IMG/VR virus record: IMGVR_UViG_3300044294_000547
Reading direction: 5' to 3' (one strand)
Length of the DNA: 57,549 bases
DNA from: an uncultured virus (IMG/VR IMGVR_UViG_3300044294_000547)
Lineage: Duplodnaviria; Heunggongvirae; Uroviricota; Caudoviricetes
Notes under the pieces: model-generated
Databases searched by the model: none
What the model was told of the DNA's origin: nothing
The model's input: only the letters and a program-made list of their open reading frames with translations
Translations under genes and position numbers: made by a program
In this document: positions 8,803 through 19,062 of the stretch, piece by piece
How positions within the stretch are numbered: position 1 is the stretch's first letter
Layout: each line of letters begins with the position of its first letter

Positions 8803-9744
8803 ATGGATAAAATTTACACAGGTTTTGGCCCGCTTACCACTTTAACAAATCCCAAAGAGGCAAGCATGACCCTCAACATGTTTAAGGATATTGCACGCTC
8901 AAAGCAGGCACAGTCTATCAATCAGATTGCCACTGAACAACAGAATGAGATCACGGCCGAAGAAGCAAGGAAACGGGTTGATAACAAAGAAATATATATG
9001 ATAAATATCGCTGGATTGCACTACCGACTTCTTGATCCTGAAAGAAAGAAAAAGGTACTCAATCATTTCATAAATGAAATATCAACTGGTCGCTCGGCTG
9101 AGAAAAATATTGAATATGCGTTCAGAAATAGTAATATTATCCTTCCTTTGTCGATGGCAGAAAAGAAAGCGATGGCTCTCGCAATACTCAAAGGTGAGTT
9201 GGTCAATATCCAGTCTACCCCCAAACAGCCTGCAGAACAGCCTAGAGATCAGCAGCAGCCCAAGGCTCAGGAAGCTCCATCAGCAGGTTCGGCTAACGCA
9301 GACAGTTCAAGACAATCACCAGTCGCTGTAGATAACAATGCAGGCAGTAAGGTAGACACTAAGCAGACTCAGCAGACTGCTGCAGGTGGAGAGTCAAAAA
9401 ATAAAACCCCTAGTCAGGGAAGCGGTTTTGGTGCTGGACTTCTGTCTCTCGTCGGGCAGGGTCTAGTAGCCGTTATTGATGCAATCAAAAAGTTGCCGTC
9501 TGCGCCCAAAGTTTCCGATCAGGTTCTTGCTCAAATGATTGTAGCAGATCAGCCGCAATATTGGTTCCCGAACAACGCGGTGTCAGAAACTGGTTTTTAT
9601 GGACCGTTTATCCGTGGACAGAACATTTTCTGGGCAGAAATAGAGTATAACGGTGAAGCCGAACAATTCATGTACAGTGGTAGATATGCATCGGTTCCTG
9701 TTGTGGCATCTCAGGCAGTTAAGGAATCTGCTCGGGGCACCTAA
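8803..9744 (+). CDS. Hypothetical protein (RSKQAQ motif, amphipathic GLLSLVGQGLVAVIDAIKK segment)
   Basis: AGGAG SD at 8793-8797 before ATG 8803, so the start is moved from 8746. Confidence 0.7.
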   Translation: MDKIYTGFGPLTTLTNPKEASMTLNMFKDIARSKQAQSINQIATEQQNEITAEEARKRVDNKEIYMINIAGLHYRLLDPERKKKVLNHFINEISTGRSAEKNIEYAFRNSNIILPLSMAEKKAMALAILKGELVNIQSTPKQPAEQPRDQQQPKAQEAPSAGSANADSSRQSPVAVDNNAGSKVDTKQTQQTAAGGESKNKTPSQGSGFGAGLLSLVGQGLVAVIDAIKKLPSAPKVSDQVLAQMIVADQPQYWFPNNAVSETGFYGPFIRGQNIFWAEIEYNGEAEQFMYSGRYASVPVVASQAVKESARGT

Positions 9745-9953
9745 AAATATTCTACTCTAAAAAAGGGGGCTGTCCACTAGGCTGCCACTTTTTTCTTATG
9801 ATTTCGCTTATTTGCTCTGTTTCTTCACATAATTAACACAACGTTCGTATTTCTTTTTGTCATCTCTGCCGACAGATACTGTGCAAATAGCCCACGGATT
9901 GGGGTCATATTCTTTTTTATTCTTTTTGGCCAGCTTATGCCAATTGCCGTCAT

Positions 9954-10586
9954 TCATCGCCTTGTCCTTGGTCTCGACCGGTTTTTTCTAGCCATTGCTA
10001 TTGCTGCTTCTGATTGTGCTGCTATTGCTGCTTTTGCTTCTGCTGCTTTTTGCTTCCGTGCTGCTGCTTCTTCTTGCTTCTGTCTGTCAGCGTTGTTTTT
10101 GATATTGATATTATTTATGACCATTTTTGTGTACGGTTCAACAAGATCACCATTTGTGTTATACTGATAGATGTACTCCCTTACCCTATCTGAATACATT
10201 TCAATTGTTTCACCACGCTGCATTTTTGGTACGCTTTTTAAAAAAGCATCTCTTGTAGCAACATAGTCCTCGGCACTCATTTGTGAAAGGACGGCCTCAT
10301 CTCCCTCAAGTATTGCCATGATCTGTTCTTGGACACCGATCCTGCCACTCTCTCTAGAAATTGTGTAAGCTTCGCCTTGCTTTTTCCACAAATGTTTCCA
10401 CTCTGCTTTCAGTTGCTCTATCTGTTGCTGTCTCTGTTGTTCAAGTTGTGGATCTTTATTTTGGGGCTGATTATTAAGATTATTCAACTGTCTAGAAATC
10501 TCATTCATTCTATAAGATATGTCAACGATTGTAGCATTCCCCTGATGTCCATGTTGTGCTGTCTTTGAAATGTTATATATACCCAT
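9954..10586 (-). CDS. Coiled-coil hypothetical protein with MGIYNISKTAQ leader
   Basis: Start moved to ATG 10586, which avoids overlap with 10631(+) and follows a GAGG-N17 motif. Confidence 0.7.
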   Translation of the reverse strand: MGIYNISKTAQHGHQGNATIVDISYRMNEISRQLNNLNNQPQNKDPQLEQQRQQQIEQLKAEWKHLWKKQGEAYTISRESGRIGVQEQIMAILEGDEAVLSQMSAEDYVATRDAFLKSVPKMQRGETIEMYSDRVREYIYQYNTNGDLVEPYTKMVINNINIKNNADRQKQEEAAARKQKAAEAKAAIAAQSEAAIAMARKNRSRPRTRR

Positions 10587-10630
10587 ACAAGGTATTTTGC
10601 ATGCAATGGTCGAAAAACCTCTAGGATAAC

Positions 10631-11131
10631 ATGTCAAAAGACAAAGATGATACATTGACAGAAACGGGTATGCAGATTGCCGAAGACGCCATTATTCATA
10701 TTTCAGCGGGACTTGATGAATTCAACCACAACCCTCTCCCCTCAAAAATTACAAATGATATAAGTGTTAATCTTGCTCTACATGGTCCCGACGGTACAGA
10801 CTATGACAGAAGTTGGTTGTCATCACTGATAAAAAATATTATTGAAGAAATTGAACAATCAATAACAATGACGTATATCAGGCTTGAAAAACCCGCAAGG
10901 TTCTTTGGAAAAATGCATTTCAGAAAATCTTGTCCTGAAGTCAAAGACATGAATGTAAAGAATGATTACCAATCCCAAAGGCGGGCAACTCCTAGTGAGA
11001 TAGCATCATTGGTTCAGATCTTAAATATAATTAAAATAAAAGATTTTGTCTATAATGTTAGAAATTGTTGTATGTCCGTTGATAGGGCATGCAGGCAACT
11101 AGAATTGGCTGTTGAAAGATTTTCTCGATGA
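10631..11131 (+). CDS. Hypothetical protein
   Basis: AGGA SD; ATGA overlap with the next gene. Confidence 0.7.
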   Translation: MSKDKDDTLTETGMQIAEDAIIHISAGLDEFNHNPLPSKITNDISVNLALHGPDGTDYDRSWLSSLIKNIIEEIEQSITMTYIRLEKPARFFGKMHFRKSCPEVKDMNVKNDYQSQRRATPSEIASLVQILNIIKIKDFVYNVRNCCMSVDRACRQLELAVERFSR

Positions 11132-11715
11132 AAGAAATCATATCGAAATCATATTCAGAAAAGAAAGCATCTCTCGGCGAATCAATGTCTCGTGGTTTTG
11201 ACATGTTCTCAAGGATGACAAACCATCCTTTGTGGAGGAGTTTTTGGAGAGGAACCCACTTGGACGCAAAGTCTGGTATGCTTGGGCAGGGGCTGAAAGC
11301 CCTTGAAATATATGGGGTGACAGACAGGGAGGGTCGAGAGTTAGCCTCGGCCACTAGAGACATGGTTTCTCTTATCGATGCCACTGAACCAGAATGCTTC
11401 AAGATACCAGATTCTCTGAAAGATGTGCTTGAGAAAATGAACTCCAATACGTCATCTATAATTAAAGATTATAAAAATAAATCTAAACGGTGGAGAAATT
11501 GGTGTAATGAGAATTTTGATTTTGGTCCATTCTCCTCTGCGTACAATAGATACATAAAAAAACACACCAATGAAATCGGCAAGATTGAAAATAAAGCAAT
11601 TGAATTCTCAGATTTACAAATGTCTTTGCTATTTGAATCAGTCTACAAACTCCTAAAAAGAATACAAAACACCAGAAATTCAAATCCACAACTAGGAGAA
11701 GGACTGTGTATATGA
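11128..11715 (+). CDS. Hypothetical protein
   Basis: Translationally coupled (ATGA overlaps) on both sides. Confidence 0.7.
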   Translation: MKEIISKSYSEKKASLGESMSRGFDMFSRMTNHPLWRSFWRGTHLDAKSGMLGQGLKALEIYGVTDREGRELASATRDMVSLIDATEPECFKIPDSLKDVLEKMNSNTSSIIKDYKNKSKRWRNWCNENFDFGPFSSAYNRYIKKHTNEIGKIENKAIEFSDLQMSLLFESVYKLLKRIQNTRNSNPQLGEGLCI

Positions 11716-12158
11716 ATGATGTCACTAAACTTGTCAGGGCCCAACATGATATCCCAATTTCTGCAGAATCTCAGATTATAGCAGACAGCATCAGCAACAC
11801 AAAAAACGCCATCTCATTGGCTGCTGCTATGGTCATAAAAAATGAACATATGCAGTCAACCATAGTCGGTCTTGTTTTAGAAATAGAAAAAATAAAGAAT
11901 CAGGCCAAACAACTTGCCAAATATATGGAAGAATATGTTCCTGAGGACAGGGCTGCCATAGAAATGGCAAATAAGCTCGGCAGGGGGTCTGAAGCGCCTA
12001 ATGGGGAATACCTTGCTCAAGCCATGCGGAAGGCTGTCTCTGCTACAAAGAAGGCTTCTATTGAGGCTGTCAAGTCATGCAGCTCAGACACAATGAGAGA
12101 GTTGTCAGAAAGCATATCTCTACTTGATAGGGCGTTCACCAGCTCAGGTATTGGATGA
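11712..12158 (+). CDS. Hypothetical alpha-helical protein
   Basis: ATG 11712 overlaps the previous TGA. Confidence 0.65.
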   Translation: MNDVTKLVRAQHDIPISAESQIIADSISNTKNAISLAAAMVIKNEHMQSTIVGLVLEIEKIKNQAKQLAKYMEEYVPEDRAAIEMANKLGRGSEAPNGEYLAQAMRKAVSATKKASIEAVKSCSSDTMRELSESISLLDRAFTSSGIG

Positions 12159-12632
12159 TCCTATCCACGACCATGACAGTATTTTTGATGAAAACTCTCC
12201 TGTTGATATTTCAGAAACACTGCAGTTAAGATCTTTCCATTCTGCGGATGAATCTCCAATTGGAAAATCATTTTCACCAGAAGCTTCTGCAAGTTCATTA
12301 GCAACCAACGCGGGACATGCAACAAAGTTTTCACGCATAAACTCAGCAACAGATATTCTGTGACTAGATCTAACTGATTTAGAAAAATCCTTGAACAACT
12401 TAACTGATCTAGGTACAGAGATGTCTATCATTCTCTGAAGATCACTACCTAAGGTTGCTATGCCTGTCAAGAAAGACCTAGATCTAAAATTAAGATAATT
12501 GGTTTCTGTCTTATAGACTGTAGATATCAATCTTGGAAGTTCGTCTACAATGTCTGACATTTGTTCTTTTATTAAAGCAACCGTGCTCAAAGATTCCCAA
12601 AATGTTCTTGGTTTTATTATTGGATTGATCAT
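12144..12632 (-). CDS. Hypothetical protein
   Basis: Coupled to 12629..14428 by an ATGA overlap. Confidence 0.65.
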   Translation of the reverse strand: MINPIIKPRTFWESLSTVALIKEQMSDIVDELPRLISTVYKTETNYLNFRSRSFLTGIATLGSDLQRMIDISVPRSVKLFKDFSKSVRSSHRISVAEFMRENFVACPALVANELAEASGENDFPIGDSSAEWKDLNCSVSEISTGEFSSKILSWSWIGSSNT

Positions 12633-14428
12633 GTGGTTGCTATGGTGGTCGTTTCAAACCACTCCCCCACCTTTGTCCTGTCAAGAATTTGTCTAACCAT
12701 CACCCTGCCTCTTTCAGACATTTTCAAACTAGATCCAGAAGTTGAGTTCATTCTTATTTTTGCGCCAACTCTACCAGAGAATACTCCCAATTGAGGTATT
12801 TCTTTCATCTTACCTGAATATATTTCATACTTCCATCTGCTATGGGTGTTGTAACTTTTCAATTCGTCGACCAGGTCTCCGTCTTCGTTGTACACCCTCG
12901 CTTGAAAGTGTATAAATCCAAGAGCCCCATCCATGTCCTTCAGGGGAAACTCTGCAGTCCAAGTTCCTGGCTTCTCCACATTTATTGTTTCCTTTATCAA
13001 TTGTGGACCTCCAGGAGTATATGATATAAAAGATGCAGAAAGTTTTTGATTTGCATTTAAAATGAACTCAATAAATGAGGGTTCAATATTTAAATCTGAT
13101 TGACCATACGATATTTGAGATATAAAATGATTGTAACCCATCATCAAAAAAGAAAGTTTGCCCTTCGTGCTTACAACCCCGTTGTATTTTGAAAAAGATG
13201 TTACAGTTTCTTTCATTTTTAATTTAAAAATAGAATCTACAATGTCGGTTGATGGTCTTAAAAAATTATTAAGAAATGAGTCTATCTTCTTTCCGCTCCT
13301 GTCCATCTTGGCTGCTATCTGTGATACCATGAACATGGTTTCTTCCAACATTTCCACGCTGTTCAATTTAAAATTTGCCACAGAATTTTTGACATTGAAT
13401 TTTCCAAACGGACATCCTATGCATCCAAACGATGTGTCTAATATAGGGCTTGAAAGACACCAGGCCTCTCCACATGTTTCCTTTTTTGATACTGATATGA
13501 ACATGGCTGTTGGGTGTGGAGCCCCTCCAAACTCATCGTACTGCCCATATGGATCCTGCTGCACATATGGGTCAATCATATCCGCAGGTGGTGGACCAAC
13601 TGAGCCAATTATAAAACTATATCCAGCAGATGCGGCAGACACACACGGTGAAAAACCGCCATCTGACGGTCTCACCTTAGACAGGGATCCTCCATCGGCA
13701 TTCACAAATATTGCCCTCTTGTCAAATCCACTTACGAAATAAGATTCATTAGCCTCTTGCAAACCCCATCCATAAAAGAAACTGTCTCCTGAAATATAAG
13801 GGAATGAAGAGTCATAAGGTATTGGCTGTTCGACCGATCTTCTGTATGAAGGAAACATTTCAGGTGCTAGTCCATTTTCAAACTCCTGTAAAGATTCAGA
13901 TAAATAATTACTTTTCTTTCCTCGAGGTGCGTGTGGGTCAAGTAGTAGACTTCCATACACATCAACCCCAGCAAGGTTTGAAACGGCCTGGTCAATCAAC
14001 TTTTTTGATTGAGAAAAGGTGGGCATGTCTAATGAAGATGCTGGTATTATATTCAACTCATAAAGTTTAGATGCTCTGTAATTCCCAGAAGCGTGGAAGG
14101 CTTCGTTTATTTTACCTGGCTTAAATGGGTATGGACTTGACAGCCGCGAGCAGGATGAAATGTACCCACCATTGTGGATGAACGCCACTGGCACCCGAAA
14201 TCCGAGTACAAATGCACTTACGCCTTCTCTTCCTGCGTTTCTTAGGGGAACTTCTACGGTGTTCCTGAATTCTTCATAAGAACCCAGAATTGAATCTGTT
14301 GAACAGTCTAACTGAACGGCTCTAGATGAAGGGACGCCAAGGGCAGCAAGATATAAATGCGCTAGTTCTCTACTTTCAGAAACGTTCGCGTTGTACCCAA
14401 CAATAACCTTAAAATATTCAGGCATCAA
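12629..14428 (-). CDS. Large hypothetical protein with TIGR03790-like N-terminal region
   Basis: N-terminal VIVGYNANVSESRELAHLYLAALGVP and later ETCGEAWCLSSP...IGCP resemble the TIGR03790 pattern; no signal peptide. Confidence 0.5.
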   Translation of the reverse strand: MMPEYFKVIVGYNANVSESRELAHLYLAALGVPSSRAVQLDCSTDSILGSYEEFRNTVEVPLRNAGREGVSAFVLGFRVPVAFIHNGGYISSCSRLSSPYPFKPGKINEAFHASGNYRASKLYELNIIPASSLDMPTFSQSKKLIDQAVSNLAGVDVYGSLLLDPHAPRGKKSNYLSESLQEFENGLAPEMFPSYRRSVEQPIPYDSSFPYISGDSFFYGWGLQEANESYFVSGFDKRAIFVNADGGSLSKVRPSDGGFSPCVSAASAGYSFIIGSVGPPPADMIDPYVQQDPYGQYDEFGGAPHPTAMFISVSKKETCGEAWCLSSPILDTSFGCIGCPFGKFNVKNSVANFKLNSVEMLEETMFMVSQIAAKMDRSGKKIDSFLNNFLRPSTDIVDSIFKLKMKETVTSFSKYNGVVSTKGKLSFLMMGYNHFISQISYGQSDLNIEPSFIEFILNANQKLSASFISYTPGGPQLIKETINVEKPGTWTAEFPLKDMDGALGFIHFQARVYNEDGDLVDELKSYNTHSRWKYEIYSGKMKEIPQLGVFSGRVGAKIRMNSTSGSSLKMSERGRVMVRQILDRTKVGEWFETTTIATT

Positions 14429-14916
14429 CTACCTGTTGATCCAAAACCTCCAGATCCCCTCCCTGACTGAGAAATGGAATCGCATACGAATTCCGCCGCC
14501 ATGGGCATCATGGGCACAAGTTGAGCAATTCGGTCACCTTTCTTGTATTTCTTCATAATTTCAGGGTTATTTTGATTTCTGATTGGTCTAAATGCGGCAA
14601 TTATGTTTCCCCTGTAACCAGGATCAATAAGACCAACAGAGTTGCCCATCACCAAGTCTGTTTTGCAAACGCTACTGCGCGGGAACAGCAGCAAACATGC
14701 ACCAAGAGGATCGCATTTTACGCCAGTGTTATACTTTATTAGATCTACCGATCCGTCATGACCAAATATCACATCCCCATCATCAAGAGCCACTAGATCC
14801 CATCCAGCGTCATCTGGGTGAGATTTTTGAGGAGGGGTTGCACCCTCTTCAAGTTGAACTTTGATAAAGTGCTTCAGGTTCAAAGATGTGAAAGATACAT
14901 TCATATAATGATACAT
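14425..14916 (-). CDS. dut: dUTP diphosphatase (trimeric dUTPase)
   Basis: Motifs DAGWDL, PRSS, GLIDPGYRG, GDRIAQL, RGSGGFGSTG. Confidence 0.97.
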   Translation of the reverse strand: MYHYMNVSFTSLNLKHFIKVQLEEGATPPQKSHPDDAGWDLVALDDGDVIFGHDGSVDLIKYNTGVKCDPLGACLLLFPRSSVCKTDLVMGNSVGLIDPGYRGNIIAAFRPIRNQNNPEIMKKYKKGDRIAQLVPMMPMAAEFVCDSISQSGRGSGGFGSTGS

Positions 14917-14925
14917 TTTATATCC

Positions 14926-17466
14926 TCAGTTGCACTTGGTCCAACCACAAGACCTGCAGGTTACGCAGCCTTCCTGTCTGATCAGGCTGCACTTATCTTT
15001 ATTTTCACAAGTTGCGCAAGTCTCTCCCGTAACTTCTGTTCCATCTGGGATGTATTTCTTCAAGGCTCGTGCAACAGACCTGCTGAAATTGTTCATGTCT
15101 CCCTGAACCTTTTCAAGTTGCTGAACAATAAATTGTATATCTGCACCATGACGCAGGGCAGTCGAAATTATCCTTGTGAGGGCTGCTTCATCATCAGTTT
15201 CCTTTTCATTCAATTTGCTTATTGAAAGTCTGTTGTCAAGTTTGTCTACAAGGTCGATTCTGTATTTGCCCCTAGCTTCCTTCGTTGTCAGTCCTGAAAT
15301 GAAAGACTTGGGAACCATCAACTCCTTGCCTCCTCCATCTGATTGGTTTGGGAGAGCAAAAACCTCATATGGCTTACCCTTAAGGAGCCCAACAAACACC
15401 ACGAATGGCGACCCTTTAACCTGAATGTGATGAATATCGCAAGCGAGAGTCTCTGGTCTCTTGGGAGCTTTGGTGTTGATGATTTCTTCGTTCTTTGCGG
15501 CAGACGCCTTCTTCTCATCCACAAGAACGCCAGTTCTGCATCCATCGCGATAGATGGTGATGCCCTTGCACCCAGCCTTCCAGGCAGTTCTATATATCTC
15601 ATCAACCGCATCAACCGTGACATCATTTGGCAGGTTTATGGTGGAACTGATGGCGTGATCTATATGCTTCTGAACAGAAGCCTGCAACTTAACTCTCTTT
15701 TTCCAATCAAGTTCAGATGCAGTACTTCCTGCCCATGGGCTCTTGGCTATATCATCTTCTCCTGTGACATCCACCCACATCTTGACCTTTGGAGGATACA
15801 CTTTAAACTCCATCCAATGGTCACCATTTTGGTCAACGAAATCGGATCGGAATCCAATGTCTCCTGGATTCCCCTTCTTTCTGCGGATGTATGGTATTAC
15901 CATAAACTGGGGCTCAATGCCAGAACTTGTCTGCGTCAAGATAGAAACCGATCCACATGGGGCGGTAGTTAGAAGAGCGATATTGCGTCTTCCATATTTC
16001 TGCATGTCGGCATAAAGTTCTGTATCTTCAGATTTTATTCGGTTTAAGAACGGATTGTCGGACTCCTTATCTGCATCCCAAACTGGGAAGGCTCCAATCT
16101 CCCTCGCCATGTCAACGCTGCTCCTGTAGGCAGACAATTTCATGGTCTTGTATATCTTTGTGATTGTAGATATTCCATCATCTGAAGTGTATGGCATTCC
16201 CAAAGCTGCAAGGGTGTCTCCAACAGCAGTCAATCCTGTTCCCGTTCGTCTCCCGTTTGATGCAGCACTCCTGATGTTTTTCCACAACTCAATTTCCCGC
16301 TGACGAAATTTGATTTCTTCAGGATCTTTACTGACCTTATCAATTATTCTGTCGATACATTCGATCTCAAGATCCACCAAGTCGTCCATCAACCTTTGGC
16401 ACACGGCAACATGCTCAGAGAATAACTTGAAGTTGAATTTGGCTTTGCTAGTGAAAGGATTTTCAACATAACTGAAAGCATTCAAAAGCATCAGACGGCA
16501 AGAGTCAAATGCAGACAACGGAATTTCTGAACATGGATTCGTACTGATTGTCTCAAATCCATCAGACGAATAGCAATCAGCAGGGCTTTCCTTGATGATG
16601 TTGTCCCAGAACAGAAGACCAGGCTCAGCCATGTGGTGTGCATTTTCAACAATCAAGCGCCATATCTTCTTGGCATCGACACTCTTTCTGATCTTTGGCT
16701 CTTCCGAATTACACGGCCACTTCTGCTCGTATTCTTCTCCTCTGTCGACTGCCTCTAGGAAATCATCATAAAGCATGACTGAAATGTTAGCCCCTGTGAC
16801 CTTTGTCGGGTCTCTCTTCATGACCGTAAATTCTTCGATATCAGGATGGTGGACATCAAGCGTCAACATGAGTGCACCACGTCGACCTGCCTGTCCAACC
16901 TCTCTGATAGAATTCGAAAATCGCTCTGCGAAAGATATCACACCGGTGCTTGTACGGGCGGCGTTTCTTGTGGAACTGCCGTTCGGTCTGAGGTTTGAAA
17001 GATTTAAACCAACTCCTCCACGACGCTTGCTGATCTGAACTAAGCACTCGTCTGCGGACATTATTGACCCATAAGAATCGTGCGGAGATGCAACAACATA
17101 GCAGTTACTCAGGCTAATGTACTGCTGGTTATTGCCAATCCCGTACATCGGAGATCCCTGTGGCACTATGTATTTAAAGTGATCCATCAGACTAAAAAGA
17201 AATTCAGCAGAATATGGATTCTTGAACTTTTTAGCCTCTATGCGTGCGAACTCTTTTGCGATCCTCCAGTGCATGTCCTCTGGGGACCTTTCAAACAGGT
17301 TATTATTTCTATCTCGGAGGGCATATTTGTCCACGAATACTTTTGCAGACAAGTCATCTCCACCGAAGTAGACTGTGCTTGCAGTAAGAGCCTCCTGATA
17401 AGAATATGCAGCCGTTTCGCACGAGCCACATGAACCCCCGCCACAACATTTGTTTTCGTTTTTCAT
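14926..17466 (-). CDS. nrdJ: Class II adenosylcobalamin-dependent ribonucleotide reductase
   Basis: SLSNCYV, QAGRRGALM, TNPCSEIPL, RRTGTG, TTAPCGSVS, KGITIYRDG, C-terminal EGCVTCRSCGWTKC; no nrdB seen in the window. Confidence 0.93.
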   Translation of the reverse strand: MKNENKCCGGGSCGSCETAAYSYQEALTASTVYFGGDDLSAKVFVDKYALRDRNNNLFERSPEDMHWRIAKEFARIEAKKFKNPYSAEFLFSLMDHFKYIVPQGSPMYGIGNNQQYISLSNCYVVASPHDSYGSIMSADECLVQISKRRGGVGLNLSNLRPNGSSTRNAARTSTGVISFAERFSNSIREVGQAGRRGALMLTLDVHHPDIEEFTVMKRDPTKVTGANISVMLYDDFLEAVDRGEEYEQKWPCNSEEPKIRKSVDAKKIWRLIVENAHHMAEPGLLFWDNIIKESPADCYSSDGFETISTNPCSEIPLSAFDSCRLMLLNAFSYVENPFTSKAKFNFKLFSEHVAVCQRLMDDLVDLEIECIDRIIDKVSKDPEEIKFRQREIELWKNIRSAASNGRRTGTGLTAVGDTLAALGMPYTSDDGISTITKIYKTMKLSAYRSSVDMAREIGAFPVWDADKESDNPFLNRIKSEDTELYADMQKYGRRNIALLTTAPCGSVSILTQTSSGIEPQFMVIPYIRRKKGNPGDIGFRSDFVDQNGDHWMEFKVYPPKVKMWVDVTGEDDIAKSPWAGSTASELDWKKRVKLQASVQKHIDHAISSTINLPNDVTVDAVDEIYRTAWKAGCKGITIYRDGCRTGVLVDEKKASAAKNEEIINTKAPKRPETLACDIHHIQVKGSPFVVFVGLLKGKPYEVFALPNQSDGGGKELMVPKSFISGLTTKEARGKYRIDLVDKLDNRLSISKLNEKETDDEAALTRIISTALRHGADIQFIVQQLEKVQGDMNNFSRSVARALKKYIPDGTEVTGETCATCENKDKCSLIRQEGCVTCRSCGWTKCN

Positions 17467-17511
17467 TTTTTCTCCATATTTCTTCTGACAAATTAAGGTC
17501 TGATTACAAGA

Positions 17512-18177
17512 TTACGCTCTTACAGACGAAGATCTTTTTCTAATCATAGAAAGATATTTTTCTCTCCCTATTGCATATTTATAAAATTTCCTTGTTGAAT
17601 CGTAAACCGCTTCTGGATGGGGTGATAAGTTTTGCACTTCTTCCTGTGTGAAGTTTGTGAATATCCATTTTAGTCCGTTAACGCACAACCTTGGTGTGTG
17701 CGGCTTCCAATCCCTGTTATTTCCGTAAAAGTCTGTCATGCGACCTTTTAAAATGCAATCCATGCCTAGCAAAAAGATAGGTTTGCATCCAAGAGCCGCT
17801 GCAAACTGCACCGCCAATGGCCCCGTTGATCCTCGTCCATGAAGCACAGAAGGGTTAGAACTTTTGTGAAATTTTTGTCCACGAATAACAAAGTGAGAAA
17901 ATTTATTTCCTGGATCTGCTTTTGGCGTACATACGCACACTCCATCAAATCTTTCAAGATCCACTCTACAATCTTTCATCAACTCAGGATCTTGCCACAT
18001 CAAAAAAGAAGTCTTTATAGCCCTATAAGACCTGTTGATCCCTATAGTAAGGAACGGCTCCACCATGGTGAGGTTGATATTAAGAAGAGAAGGAGCATTG
18101 CCTATGATAAAACATGGTGTTTCATAAAAAATTCCAGTCAATTTTGACAGTATAAATTTTTTCTCTTTTGCTGACAT
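17512..18177 (-). CDS. MptE-like/Maf (DUF115) family putative glycosyltransferase
   Basis: CFIIGNAPSL, IGINR, STGPLAVQFAAALGCKPIFLLGMD. Confidence 0.7.
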   Translation of the reverse strand: MSAKEKKFILSKLTGIFYETPCFIIGNAPSLLNINLTMVEPFLTIGINRSYRAIKTSFLMWQDPELMKDCRVDLERFDGVCVCTPKADPGNKFSHFVIRGQKFHKSSNPSVLHGRGSTGPLAVQFAAALGCKPIFLLGMDCILKGRMTDFYGNNRDWKPHTPRLCVNGLKWIFTNFTQEEVQNLSPHPEAVYDSTRKFYKYAIGREKYLSMIRKRSSSVRA

Positions 18178-18180
18178 GTA

Positions 18181-19062
18181 CTATGCTCTGTTGACTAAAA
18201 CCCTCACATATTCAGATGTCTTAAGTTTTTTAAGAGCTTTTTTATGTATTTTAACAACATAAGAAAGATCAATTCCTAACTTTTTAGATACCTCTTCTTT
18301 AGACATATTCTCTGCATATATCATGCTGCAAATCCTGCCTGCAAGAACCCCTATCTCCTTGCTGATCTCTAAAAACATTCGGTTTGATGCATCTGTCTGA
18401 GAACAGGCAGTATTATCATCTGTTTTAAGAAGTATATCTTTAGAATCATGATTGTTTTTATCTTGAATAAAGATAGATATCAATCCCCTCGGAGTTCCGT
18501 CTTTCACAACCTTATCTGGTTTCTCAACTCCTGCTTCAGTCAAAATGTAAATGAGTTCGTTATCGGTCGGCTGTCGTCCATTCATCGTGATAAACTTTTC
18601 TTTATATACATCTAATATTGCCTGTCTTTGTCTGACCAGCCTAGGGGACCAAGTCGATTTTCTCATCTCATCATACATGGACCCAAAAAGTCTATATGTG
18701 GCGAATGTTTCAAATTTATAACCCTTGCTTGGATCGTATTTTTTTATGGCGTCCATGAGTCCATTTGCGGCGTAACTTTTTAGATCTTCCTTGCTGTGCT
18801 CTGGATGTTTGTAGTGCATCAATTCTGACAATTTATCAACGATATCATAGTTCTCTTCTGCTATGCGATTTCTAAGAATTATGTATGCATGCTGAAATGC
18901 ACTGCCCGCACCCTGTAACTCTTTCAGTCTTACCCAACAATCAAGCGGAGTTTCTTTACGCTTGATTGTTCGATTTTCTCTTCTTTTTGGATGAGCTGTT
19001 TTCAAATTTAAGTCAATCTTTCCTTGGCAATAACTTCCATGCTGCAAATCCAACTGCGCCAA
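18181..19062 (-). CDS. Phage-encoded sigma-70 family sigma factor, FliA/WhiG (sigma-28)-like
   Basis: Region 2 GLMDAIKKYDPSKGYKFETFATYRLFGSMYDEMRKSTWSPRLVR, region 3 GRQPTDNEL, region 4 HTH MSKEEVSKKLGIDLSYVVKIHKKALKKL. The true start is probably just downstream of 19013. Confidence 0.9.
   Translation of the reverse strand: MAQLDLQHGSYCQGKIDLNLKTAHPKRRENRTIKRKETPLDCWVRLKELQGAGSAFQHAYIILRNRIAEENYDIVDKLSELMHYKHPEHSKEDLKSYAANGLMDAIKKYDPSKGYKFETFATYRLFGSMYDEMRKSTWSPRLVRQRQAILDVYKEKFITMNGRQPTDNELIYILTEAGVEKPDKVVKDGTPRGLISIFIQDKNNHDSKDILLKTDDNTACSQTDASNRMFLEISKEIGVLAGRICSMIYAENMSKEEVSKKLGIDLSYVVKIHKKALKKLKTSEYVRVLVNRA

Noticed and set aside
14926..17466. Intein or intron in nrdJ
   Set aside because: Length and motif spacing are normal; no intein splice motifs or frame break
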